Positions 25,395 to 37,848 of a stretch of 64,000 bases of DNA are shown here, piece after piece. Source of the stretch: Hydrolagus colliei (Eukaryota); NCBI GenBank assembly GCA_035084275.1, contig CM068747.1, positions 17,608,001-17,672,000 of the forward strand, given 5' to 3'. A program made the position numbers and the translations under genes. Under the pieces are notes generated by a model. That model saw nothing but the letters and a program-made list of their open reading frames with translations, was not told where the DNA came from and ran no database searches. How positions within the stretch are numbered: position 1 is the stretch's first letter; each line of letters opens with the position of its first letter.

Positions 25395-25500
25395 AATATA
25401 CAGTAAAGAGTTAATTCTCTTTACTGTATATTATGTGAAGCGCTTTGAAACGCCTAGAAGAAGTGAAAACCACTATATCAAATGCAAGTATTATTATGAT
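25395..25500 (+). mobile_element. SINE 3' tail beginning with a perfect 16-bp hairpin
   Basis: gtgaagcgctttgaaacg..ctatatcaaatgcaagtattatta; arms at 25395-25410 / 25417-25432. Confidence 0.8.
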
Positions 25501-26469
25501 TTTGTTACATGCTTCATGTGACCTAGGGATAAAATGACCTGAATTTTATTATCAGCATCTATTATTCAGACTCTTTCATTGACTTGAGGATCAAGAATGT
25601 TTTCTGCTTTAATGAGCGCTAAAGATAAACAATCCTTAACAACTCTCCACCCCCCCGCAGCATAATCTTTTTCCTTAATGTTTGCTCTCTTGCTGATGAC
25701 TGCAGTCCCAGGAAGCTCATACATCTCCAAACCAATAACAGAAAAGATTCTCAATCCCTGTCACCATGGCAACCACCAATCTTAATATTATTCCACAAAT
25801 AATTTCCCCACACAGGAGTGTGGGTATAATAAACAGAACAAAGGAGTGGTGGTGGATTTATTTAACTTGCAAGCATTCCTCATCATTCACAAATTATCAA
25901 TAAGGAATTGTCATATTTAAGCAGTAAAGCCAGTAACAAATTGGTATTAGTGAGTTATTTTCAACGAGATAGTAAAAAATAGAGATTTAGACTGTGTAAC
26001 TGCTGTATAATGAGCTACTAAATCCAATTATAGCCTAAAGATTCCCTGTGATTTAAGTTTTTCATGCTGGCAGTGTTGTTAAAAGTTGATTTCTTTTAAA
26101 ACATTTCAACCCACTAACTCAGATCAGCACCAGTTGTTTTGATATTTGGGTACATACGGCTGCTTTCAAACTTTTTTTCAAATAAGACAGTGTGCTGTCG
26201 TGGAATTTGGGTTGCAATAAGAAATCATACCTGGAGTGATGCATTGTTCTTAGGGACTTTAGTTTGACAAGGCATTCTCAAAGTCAATCATCTGACAGTC
26301 AGCAGAGATTAGATAGCTTTATTGTGCACAGCAAAGAGAAAATTCCATTTTTATATGAAATCATAAAAAGTCAAGCCATCCTTATAGAATTGAAGTAGCT
26401 ACAGCATAGGAAGAAGCCACTTAGCCTAAGTATCGTAAAATGCTCATAAAATCCTTTGTGAACATCCAA

Positions 26470-26990
26470 GGATGGTCCCAGTCTGGAAACTTAGCATTTT
26501 GTTTGACCCTCAACCATCCTTTACCCCACATCTATGCCATGACTACCTGCCTTCCCCTACCTCCACAACATTGGCTGGCTCTGCCACTGTCCCATGTAGC
26601 AGGCTGCAGAAACCCTCATACACGCATTCATAACATCCAGTCTTGATATGCAAACTTGCTGTTTGTTGGCCTCCACAACTCCTCCCTCCATAGGCTGTAG
26701 ATAAACTAAAACTCTGCAAGCTGTGACTACTCTCACACCGCTAGCAACCCTATGGCTCCCATCCTTGCCAACTCCACTGGATTCTCAGCACATAGAGGAT
26801 ATAGTTCAAGATCTTGGTATTCGTCTTCAAAGCCCCCCATGGCCTCGCTTCGTCCCATCCCTTGCCTCCTTCAAGACTCATCTCAAGACCCTCCTCATTA
26901 CCCCCTGCCCTCTCCCCACCCCCCCCTCCCCCCCCGCCCCCCCCTCCACCAATTCTGACCCCAAGTTTGGGTCCAAAACACTGAGCTGAG
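26470..26990 (+). mobile_element. Degenerate, internally deleted L2 fragment
   Basis: gtttgaccctcaac, gctgcagaaaccctcatac, SFKTHLKTLL, C-rich 3' UTR. Confidence 0.8.
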
Positions 26991-28224
26991 ATGGCTCCAA
27001 AGAGCCAACAGAATATAGTAATCAAGTCAACTTACTATGACAGGATCAACAGTGTGGATCCTGAGGTTTGGAACTCTCAGTCTCAAGGTTTGGATACCCT
27101 CTAGCATAGTGATAGATTTCTGTATGTGTCAGGATACTAGTTTTCCTCCAAAAAATATTTTGGTGAGAGTTAAATAATAAACATTAAAATTTCTGTAAAA
27201 ATATGTGTACAAATCTTTGGCTAACAATTATAGAATATAATTGATAACTTGGAATCTCTTTGAAGGACTAATTATCATTGTTTTCAATACTGAATGAAAA
27301 TGTATTAAAAATATTTTTTTTAATGTTACGTCCTTCTTTGCTAGAACAGAATATAATCAAAACGAGTTAAATGAACTACATTTCAGACAAAGTTACAAAC
27401 AATTGCGGAGCAACTGAATGCTGGTCACCAGTTTTCCGTAAGCTTCACAATCAATAATTCCAACAAAAAAGTAAGGAAAACACAAGCAACACAAGGTGAG
27501 CAGCAGCTGGAAGAGATAAAAAAAAACCTTGAAATTCCCAAGTATTGATCATTTCAATCATTACATACAAACAAGGTCACAGAATAAAACGCCAATGGAG
27601 CTAATTAGAGGTGGTTAGAAGAAATAGGCTCATTGTATTGTGTGAAAAAACAAGAGCTAACCTTAAATGCAATGGGAGAACTGATCAGAAAACACCACAA
27701 AGAAGGCAACAGCTTTCCGTAGGATTAATGTCGTCTCTCAAATTTGCACAATTAAAAAACAATTCTGATATACATCATAACCACATAAATTCTGAAATAT
27801 ACCCAAGTGGCATTAATACAGATTCAATAAGGCTATTTTAAAATGTTTATTCAAAATATAATCAGCACTTAAAAGCAATAACATATAATACAATTCACCA
27901 GTCCCATGCTATTGCTAATTGCATCTATAATCGCTGGAAAATACAGAACATTTATCTGCGCAATGAAAACCAAAATTGTCAATAGAACAGAAATACAGTA
28001 TTATTGGCCAACATTATTCCTTATTCTGTAGTTATACTGCTTGGACAAAGCCATTTTCCATCTTATATAGTGATATGAAACTGAAAGCCTCCTTTATAGT
28101 TTCTGCTGCATTTCTCATTGGATTGAAAATTACACTGTTAGAAATATGTGCATGAACAACACACTTGTGCAGTTTAATGTTATAACTCTTTAATGTTATA
28201 AAGAGCTGGCCTAATCTCACCAAA

Positions 28225-28888
28225 GCCAGTTGGGTTTCTTGTTCCACCCTCGACTGTCCTTTGTCCCCTATATACATGCCATGTGCCGTTCTGCTTTCCC
28301 CCACTGCCTCAACATTACCCGACTCCACCACTGCCTCACCCCTTAGGCTGCCGAAACTCTCAGACATACATTAGTCACCTCAAGGCTCAACTACAGAAAC
28401 TCCCTCTTTGTCGGACTCCCCCAACACTTCCCTCCACACAATACAGATCATTCAGAACTGCGCAGCTTAATCTTCACCTGCACCAGATTCCACTACCCTT
28501 GCTCGGCTCCACCAGCTCCCACAATCCCCATCCTTACTTTTAAGGCCCTCCACAGTTTTGCCCTCTTCTATGTGTCTCAGCAACCTGTACACACCCAGCC
28601 TGACCCATGTCTCCCGCCCAACCCGCCCTACCATCGGCGGCCGGTCTTTCAGCCTCTCTGACCCACTCTTTGGAATTCCATCCCGCAATCCCTTTGCCTT
28701 GCTCCCTCTCTTGCCTCCGTCAAGACCCTCCTATTTGAGTATGCCTTCAGCTGCCCTCCTACCCCATCTGCCCTCCCTCATTCCAACCCTGCCTCCTCCA
28801 AGCTTTGGTCCTGATGCCTGACTGTTTGGCGTCTTGGGATATCCTTCCTATGTGAAAGACACTTTCCAAAAGTAATTTTGTTGTTATT
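28225..28888 (+). mobile_element. L2 3' fragment
   Basis: ggctgccgaaactctc, RPTIGGRSFSLS, tail stem and ttttgttgtt. Confidence 0.87.
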
Positions 28889-29441
28889 GTGATTGGACAC
28901 TCCATAACATTAAAGACAAGCCTTTTGAGAATTACTGCCAGATTCATTAGATCATTCAGTAGCTTTTAAACAAACTCAGGAGAAAGGCACCAGTGCAACG
29001 CAACCCTGGTCAAACTATTTATATAGTGTAATCATATAATGATGCTGAAAGCATCATTAGTTCACAAGGCATTTGATCCCATTGATCACATATTGAAGAA
29101 AAATGCAGTGGTTTCTGAACTAAACAAAGACACACTATGTTATTATGTTACTATGTTATTTTAGAAATTGTATTTTCCCCATCTAACTCCTCCAATTATC
29201 AACCCCACTCTCGTGTTTGGTAAAGTTGTACCATCCATCAATGTGAAAACAGTCATAGAACCCCGATTTCAATAACAAGTCCTATATTTCATAAGAGATG
29301 GTTTGCAACAGCAAATACACAAAGGAAAGCTATTTTCATAATAGGGGGGAAAATGAGAGAGTGCGGGAACAAAGAGGGAATAAAGTTAATTTATGGGCAG
29401 TTGCTTAGGCAGGACATCTTAACACCTGCAATTCTCTTATT

Positions 29442-29628
29442 TAATAATAATAATCCTTGCATTTGATCTAGTGCTTTTCACATCTTCTAGACGTCTCAAG
29501 GCGCTTCACCGAAGACTGTAAAGTGAATTGTATATTTGTGGGAGAAACGCAGCAGCCAATTGCGCACAGCAGTGTCCCACAAACAGTCGTGGATTGAAAT
29601 GACCAATTTTTTACTATTGTGGTTTTTT
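29442..29628 (-). mobile_element. 5'-truncated SINE
   Basis: Tail and core, close to the family consensus. Confidence 0.9.
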
Positions 29629-30651
29629 ACATACACATTTTCTCTACTAAATTAGAATTACAGAAGGCACTAAGTAGTTAATTTTAACACTATGACAAAA
29701 TTTGAAGCTCTTATTAATATATTTTTAGTAAATCATTCTGGGATCAAGACCTCATAACAGCTAATGTGCATTTACTGCATTCAATCTGGTCATCAAAAGC
29801 TCTCAGAAAGTTACAAGGAGAATTTGATTTATTTTAGCTGGAGACAGTGTATTGATCAGTTGAACACCTCAACTTCAGAAACATTCTGTGCTGCGTATAT
29901 AGGTAATGAACCTAGGAGTACATTACCCAAATGTCAATGAGATTCAAGTGGCAGGTTGTTAAGAGGTGCTGCTGTTTAGTCAGCTAAATCCACGCTGTCT
30001 GGCAACATTTCTGCGCCAAGCAAACAATCTTTTGGTGGTACAGACAGGACCACCCTACCCTTGGGATTTAGCTCCAGGGTTAACAGGAGCCAAGGCACAA
30101 GAATACCTGCAAATTCTGCTGATAAACCAGCCTGGCTGGTCTGTCATCACCAGTGCCATGGATACCTGTGAAACTTCCTAGCTCAAGTGCAGGAGATAGA
30201 CAAACTGAATGGTACAATCGCCCAGATGATTTGAAATTGTTGCATCCACAGCACTGTTCTTGAAAACAATGAAGTGAATGGTTGTTGTTCACAACTGTTT
30301 ATTGCTGCCGAATTCCATTGCTTGATGTATTAAATAACTGAGTGCTTTTAAGGATGTAATATACTCAATAGGTTTGAATGACAAATGTACATCATAGTCT
30401 GGAATAGGCTGAGACATGGCTAAATTATTGTAACAATCTTAAAATCACATCGTAATTTTTCCTATTCAAGCTGCAAAGTTTTGCTTTTGTGGACACACTG
30501 AACAATGTCTATTGACCCTTCACCTCAATGTCTCACTTTTAATAAAGTATAATACTCATATTCTTAGAAGTTTCCTTTTTTTTAAAACCTAGAGATTTTC
30601 AAATGTGTGATAGCCTAGCCATTTAGACACATCAAAATCATGGTCTTGCTT

Positions 30652-31022
30652 CTCCCCACCTCTGTGACCTGCTAACCCCAAGCCAACCTATCCACTCAGC
30701 AGACACTATGGCCTGCTCCACACACAACCCCACACCCCCCGCCCGACCAACTCCACCATCAGTGGTCAAGCCTTCAGCCTTTTTGCCACCACCCTTCAGG
30801 ATTTCATCCCACAGTCCCTTCTCCTCGCTCCATCCCTTACTTCATTTAAGGCTCGTCTCAAGATCCTCCTCTTTGACCATACCATTGATCACCCTCCTAT
30901 TCTCCCTGCCCTCCACCCCACTGATCTCAATCCCCAGTATGGGTGCACATTCTTGATTGTCTAGGTGATTGGGTCATCCTCCCAGTGTGAAATGCACTGA
31001 ACAAATGTAATTTGTTATTGTT
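30652..31022 (+). mobile_element. L2 3' fragment
   Basis: caagccttcagcct, ctcaagatcctcctctttgac, tail aaatgtaatttgttattg. Confidence 0.8.
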
Positions 31023-31731
31023 AATAATTTTTTTCAGATTTGGATATCGCACATATGAATTTCATCTCAGAACATAAACAATTTCCGTACCTTTAATGGA
31101 AGAAATTTTAATTGTTTTGTACTATACATTGTTTGCTTTCTAAAGTTTTGGTAATTTACTGGTACCATTACAACCCAATGGTTTTACCAATTTGGTTTTC
31201 TTTCATTGCATTCCTGGTGTCAAGAAAGAAACTGAAAGAACCATGGAAATATTTTCCTGCTAAATTTTTAATGAGTTTGGCATTTTGCTTATAAAGTTTT
31301 CTTCAATCCTTGGCACAGGTATAAATCTGATACATGGCAGTTATTTAGTAACATTTTGTGCCAAAATACAGCAGCAGTTGATTTAATTTCAATAAAATGG
31401 TATATTCTTTTTCTATTTATAATTCAGTAATACTTATATTTTGAACATTCACTATATTTTAAAAGATTCGCTCAGATCATCAAAAGCTACACCTCTACTG
31501 TTAATTTGCCATCTACAAAATATTTTACATTATGGAATGGCATTTAGGTGTAGGATCATCCAAAACACATGTCACATATAAACTTGTTAGCACAGTTCTT
31601 TGAGTGGCAATTTGAAATGTCTGATCGATGGCTTAGCTGTTCTCATGTAAAACAAAGTCGCCCTCTCGAATGACAAATTTCAATATTTATTCCACTTGAT
31701 ACACAGTACCTGTCTGGTTAACAGTCTGATT

Positions 31732-31940
31732 GTGGTTAGAGCACTCACCTTGCTTGTGAGAGATCAGGGTTTGATTACTTGGAGGACAAAACCTTGGACA
31801 GGTTTCCTTGTTCCACACACCTGATAATAATCCCCAAGAAAGAAAAACAACAATAAAATGGTCCCCTTATTTCTGCAAAGCATTTTGAGATGTCTAGAAT
31901 ATGTGAAAAGAGCTGTATCAAATGTAAGGATTATTATATT
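31732..31940 (+). mobile_element. SINE with central core deleted
   Basis: Head and linker join the tail directly (ggtccccttatt|tctgcaaagcattttgagatg). Confidence 0.8.
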
Positions 31941-32907
31941 AAGATAATGGCTGTCACTATGCTTTGAAGGACAGTCAATAATTCTAGGCAAGGTAAGAAA
32001 ATACAGAGAAACTTTGCACTGATGTAATGTAGGAAGAGTGGCAAGACTCTGTTCTTCCTCTCTCCCTTGCAGTAAACACAAGGAGGACATTCTGATCTTA
32101 GTCAGGCTATTGGAGGGATTGACTTTACAAAAAGTTAACAATATCACACGATAATTCAAATTAGTCCTAGTTTATTGAAAGGTATTTTAATTTATATTTC
32201 TTGGAGTTGGAACATAGACAGAAATTGTATTTTGGCAAGATAATAAGGGGCCCTCACCTTTTCTATCTACGTGTTTACAGTTACTTCAAATACAATGGAA
32301 AGCTTACCGTACAAGTAAAATACTGTGGATTTGTTTCAGAGTTTGGAGAGTTTGATATTTGCAACTTGTCAATCGCATTTACCTTCCCTTTTGCTGGTGT
32401 TTATGACACCTACACTGAAGCCCTTGCAGCATTTGCATAATTACTACCACCACATTACAGTAATTCTGCAGGGATGAGAAAGTTTTTCCACAGCTACAAA
32501 CCAACACTGAGTTGCACCTGCCTCGTACATGGCCTGCACTGCTTTAGATTTTTCTTTTTATGCATAATTTCAAGGATTTGATGTTCTACAGTTTTACAGT
32601 TACTCTGAACGCTGAAGGATTTATGATGCCACAACATTAATTATTCTATTTACTGCCAACTGAAAATGTGATAAGAACTACTTTGCTCACATTTCCAAAA
32701 AGGTATTAAGAAAACAGTAAACTCATTTGCCCTTCCGTTCACAAAGCTTTCAGTGATGTATAATGAAATCATAATGGATAGTTCACGATAAACAACAGAT
32801 TAAATGGTAATTCATATTATAATGGATTCTCTACTGATAAACTGTGATTCAAAACTGCTGGGCTAAGGATGCTTCAATTCATTTTTAGAAGATAATTTTG
32901 CTCCTTA

Positions 32908-33150
32908 GGCTCAGCGGGCTGTAGCTTGTACCATGTCCCCAGCCCGGCCCGCACCACCATTGGCAGTCGGGCCTTCAGCCTTTCTGAACCCATCCCTTTG
33001 GAACTCCATCCCATATTCCGTTCTATTCACTCTCTCCCTCGCCTCCTTTAAGGCACATCTCAAGCCTCTACAAATCAGCCGCGCCTTCAGCTACCCTTCT
33101 GTGCTCCACCCTCCCTGATCCCAACCCCTCTTACAATGTATTGTATTGTA
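32908..33150 (+). mobile_element. L2 3' fragment
   Basis: SLWNSIPYS..ASFKAHLK motif. Confidence 0.82.
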
Positions 33151-33223
33151 AGAAAATTCAAGAGATGTGATGCTTCCTTCGACCCCTTCTCCCCCCCACC
33201 CCCCCATCTACCACCACCCCCCA

Positions 33224-33318
33224 CCCTTGTAAAAAAGTACCATGGTAATGGTGGTAGTACTATGGTAGTATCATGGTACCACCTTGGTACTTTTAACCAT
33301 GGTACTTTTTTTCAAGGG
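33224..33318. mobile_element. 95-bp palindromic MITE-like element with CCC/GGG termini
   Basis: 23-bp TIR cccttgtaaaaaagtaccatggt / accatggtactttttttcaaggg (1 mismatch), internal (c/t)atggta repeats. Confidence 0.8.
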
Positions 33319-35194
33319 CCCACACACACAACACATAAACCCACAACAACATGTCAACTTTAGGATTACATACAGTATAACTGTCGTTTTTTGTTCTATA
33401 GTTACTGTCAATAAATTGATCTCAAAGCTCCTATGAGAGTTGAGACTTGGATCACTGGCCACATAACTCTCAGGCTTGCCCCTGTAAAATATGTCCCTAG
33501 GGTCCCAGAATAACAGTCTGGTGTTGCTTGTAAATGTTGATTATTGCAATGCAAGCATGGATTATTAACACTGACTTTTCATTAGAAATGACAGTTTCCT
33601 GCTGGACATTGGAGATTACGATTTTTGTTCTCTTTTAGCCATTAACTACACAGTTTTACCATATATTTTACAAAAGATCTGCTATACTTGTGACTAAGGC
33701 ATTCTCAATAATGCCATTAAGTTACTTCAAGTGCTGTCATATCATATGACCGATCTTAATGTGTGTAATCAAATCAGGATTATTTTCAACCATAATTATA
33801 CTAATGTTATTATCTAATGGCGTTGGCTGTCGTATGTCTACTCTGCTCGGAGCCTGCAGTTTTAATCTTTCAATGCCTGGAGTGTATTGTGCAGTACTCC
33901 TGACTGTGACGAAAATTAGAAATTAATTCTAATAAGAGAGCATAATGGGGCACAAAGCACTCTTTCGACAAACCATGCAAGATCCCCACTGTAGACTGCA
34001 CCTTACATTTTTAATAAGCTCAGGGAAATTCTGCAGAACTTCCTTAACCCTCAAAAGTAATCAAGTGAAACTGCATCACTGTTTACCCTCGAGGCTCTGT
34101 TGTTGAAAAACGGCCAGTTGCTTTCCACAAATTACATTTATGTGTCCTCAGCACTAAACGTCATTACAATGGATCATTGATCAGGACTTTGTGGAGAAAG
34201 GCACAGTACAAGTGTGTTACACAGGAACATAGAATGGGAGATCTCAGGTCCCATCTTTGGTCTGGTGGGAGTGATTCAATCCTAGACAGGGTTGTGGTAA
34301 TACTACTACAGCTGGCCACAACACAATTGATAGAGGACTCTTGAAAACCATCATGATTTTGACACCTGGTCACCACATAAAGATCTCAAAGCCAATTCAA
34401 CAATCTCTTACATATTACACAAGTGCAATCATGGTGAAGTCAGAAGGACTCTTATATATAACATGCTATGAATAATGGAACCTAGCTTCTTACTTAATCT
34501 GAGCGTTGAAATTGTTCCAATTAAACAGTTATTCATGATTGTTACCCATAGTCAATGTGCAACATTCACTGAATCCTCTTTAAAAAGAATTACAACCAAT
34601 AATTACTCATCACTATAAAATATGAAGCTATAATTGCCCGTATTTATGCAGAGTGCACTCCAGAAAATTTTAGCTAAAATCTGGCATTTTATTCATATCA
34701 ATGGGGTTAATTACAATCGAATCTGTCTTTAACAACTGCTCAGGGAACTGAGCCAAAGTGGCCTTTATGTAAGGGTGGCCTCTAGCTTCACTAATTTGTG
34801 TAGAATTTCTAAAGTGTATATAAACAAAAGTGCATATCCAAATCAATAAAGTAAATTAATTTTAATAAATAAAAGATTTATAAATAATTACAAATAATAA
34901 TTAAAATTACAATCACATCTTGTTACTGTTTCCTGAAGAAGTCCAGAATAATTTTCTGGTGGACACTCACTATTTTCTGACCATGTTCATCGGAAAGCTG
35001 GGCTTTGGAAAGGGAGTAGATACAAAACGCAGGATGTAAAATAACCAAAGGGTGGCAGTTGTTTGCATTAGACAGGTGCTTGATGAATAGAGATGAGTTA
35101 TTATGCAAAATCTATTTGGAACGTTTTCCTAAGTGATTGTTGGTAGGGGGACGTTGCTGAATGGAGGTGGTTGCTTGAACCAGGTTGACTTTTT

Positions 35195-35434
35195 GCCCCC
35201 ACACTCTGGAACTCCATCCCGTAATCCCTTCGCCTCGCTTCCTCCCTTTCCTCCTTTAAGGCCGGTCTCAAGACCTTCCTCTACTCCCCTCCTAACTCTC
35301 CCCCTTTCCTACTCTCCTTACCCCTAACCCGATGCCCCCCCCCCCCCCCCCCCCCCACACACGCCTAACTGTTCCACGCCTTGAGATATCCTCCCGACGT
35401 GAAAGGCTGTCTATAAATGTAATTTTGTTGTTGT
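35195..35434 (+). mobile_element. L2 3' end with poly-C run
   Basis: ctctggaactccatccc..ctcaagacc, C-run at about 35335-35356, tail stem and (TTG)n. Confidence 0.87.
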
Positions 35435-35814
35435 AGACTGTATAGTAAATTCTATGGAAGTGAAAGCAGGTAGAAGACACAGGGAAGGAAGTAATGTATA
35501 ATACAACCTATAATATTAAAAGCACTTTTAAAAGCAGCTCCCAAATCTCAAAAGGTTTAGCTCGACACGCGAGATATACATCCCACTGCCCTCTGTGTTA
35601 GCTTTGTGAGGTGTTGCTTTTTGGTTTCTTTTTTCCCTATTGTAACACTGTAGCTACTGACAAAGAAGTCTTGAGCTAATTCTCTCCCTGTCTTTAATGA
35701 AATGCACATCAAATGCATTCTGATATATCACTACGTTGTGCATAAAGACTTGATCTTCTGAGCAGTTTTGGTCTGCAAAACCTGGAACAGTTTTGCAATA
35801 CTTATTAATACTGT

Positions 35815-35990
35815 AACAACAATTCTTGCATTTGATATAGCGCTTTTCACATCTTCAAGACGTCTCAAAGCGATTTACAGGATATACAGTACTATAAAAT
35901 AAATTGACTGTATATTTGTGGGAGAAACGCGGCAGCCAATTGCGCATAGCAGTGTCCCACAAACAGTCATGGATTGAATTGACCATTTTT
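35815..35990 (-). mobile_element. 5'-truncated SINE
   Basis: Tail and core. Confidence 0.88.
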
Positions 35991-36227
35991 AAAATTTATT
36001 ACTGGTCTTGAATACAAACAGTATTCAAAACTGGAACTTTCAATCTGCTCAGCCAAATTATGCATAGTTATGGCCATTTCACTCGATCATAGGAGCTTGG
36101 ATTTTGTTAAGTATTGGAAATAATGGTTAATTTTCTAACACTTTTCTAACAAGGGCTAACATTGCAGCTGCAGTCTACACTCTTATAGAATCGGATTTTA
36201 ATTTCTATTGATATTGGTACAATAATA

Positions 36228-36792
36228 CAACAACAACAACAACAAAATACACTTGTATAGCACCTTTCACATCAGGAGAACGTCCCAAGGACATTTCAGA
36301 CCCAAGTTGGGGTCTGGGACTGGGAGGGTAGAGGGAAAGTGGAGGATATGGGGTGACCGATGGGGCCGTTGAAGAGGAGGATCTTGAGGCGGGACTTGAA
36401 GTAGGCCAGTGAGGGGGCGAGAAGGAGGGACTCTGGGATGGAGTTCTAGAAGTTGGAGACAGAGTGGCTGAAGGTTCGCACACCAATGGTGGGGCAGGTA
36501 GGTTGGGAGACATGGAGCAGACCGGAACCTGCTGAGCAGAGGGGGGCGAGCAGGCTGGTAGGGGGTTAGGAAGTCACAGATGTAGGGTGGGGCAGTGGAA
36601 GTCTTTGAATGTGAGGACCAGGATCTTGAATTGGATCTTCTGGATGATGGGGAGCCAATGGAGTCGGGCGAGGATGAGGGAGATGGGGCCACGAAGCTTG
36701 GAACATTGGAGGACATTGGCCACAGAGTTCTGGATTATCTGCAACCTGTGGAGGGAGGAATTGGAAGGCCGACAAGCAGGACGTTTGCGTAG
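36228..36792 (-). mobile_element. L2 3' fragment
   Basis: (AAC)n tail; antisense of HWLPIIQKIQFKILVLTFK; very similar to 7262-7749 and 59971-60397. Confidence 0.92.
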
Positions 36793-37498
36793 ATGTTAAT
36801 TCACAATATTAAAGAGATTTTGAGTACATTTATTTTTAAACTTATTTCTGTACTTTATTTATCCGCCTTCAAAAATGTTAATTTACACCCACTGTTAGAC
36901 AGTAATATGCAGTACACGATGACCTAAACAATTTTGTGGCTTACCATTGATAATTGATTTGGAGAGAGAGCGTGTTTGGCATGCAGAAAGAAGAAGCATT
37001 CACTGAGAAAATCCAAACATGTTATTTAATTATAAGTGCATATTTGAATGATGTCACCTTGACAGCTCTGTAGACAACTGCTTTTCTGAAAGGCTGTATT
37101 GCTTTACATCTGTTTGTGCCAATTAGTGAAAGCCTGCCTCAGTTTCTATAATTGCAGCTCTGTGGAATATTTTCCTCATACAAATGCTTAACAGCAACCA
37201 TTCATTACACACTCTCTTAGTGCTTCCCTGCAAGAAAATTAATGAAAAGGATATGTTGTTCAACATCATAATTCTGAATTATTGAGAGTGCAAGTGGGAT
37301 TCCATGGGATTCCGTTCTATTTTTGGCCATGTCCTAGAATGACTTGGGACTTCCTCCCGACGTAAAAGATGCTGTATAAATGGGAAGTACAAGAGAATAG
37401 AAGATCATAATAAGACATCTGTTTTGCTTAATAATGCCTGGTCCATGCAACTTTGGATCCATGCAACATTGGATCTTAACTCAGGGTAATGACAACTT

Positions 37499-37848
37499 GT
37501 GGAGTCCTGTAGCTCAATGTTTAGAACACTCGCCTTACAAGCATGAGACCTATATTCAAATCCAGGCAGGTCAGGGTGAAACCTTCGGCAAGTTTCCTTA
37601 CTCCACATAGAATCATAGAATTTTACGGCACATGCCCAATAATAACCCCTCAAAAAATAACAACAATGAAAAAATTGGTGATTTCAATCCACGACTGTAT
37701 ATGGGACACTGCTGTGCGTATTTGGCTGCCACGTTTTGCCCACAAATATACAGTCAATTCACTTTACAGTATATTCTGTGAAGCATTTTGAGACATCAAG
37801 AAGATGTGAAAAGCACTATATCAAATGCAAAGATTATTATTATTATTA
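37499..37848 (+). mobile_element. tRNA-headed SINE, full length, carrying a 20-nt insertion
   Basis: Head, core, (ATT)n tail; insert at 37609-37628. Confidence 0.92.
37609..37628 (-). mobile_element. CR1 3'-terminus micro-insertion
   Basis: Reverse complement ccgtaaaattctatgattct = CR1 (ATTCTRTG)n end; flanked by direct repeat cacat (37604-37608, 37629-37633). Confidence 0.72.

Noticed and set aside
29037-29059. 10-bp perfect hairpin taatgatgct-gaa-agcatcatta
   Set aside because: Short and AT-rich; expected occasionally by chance in 64 kb
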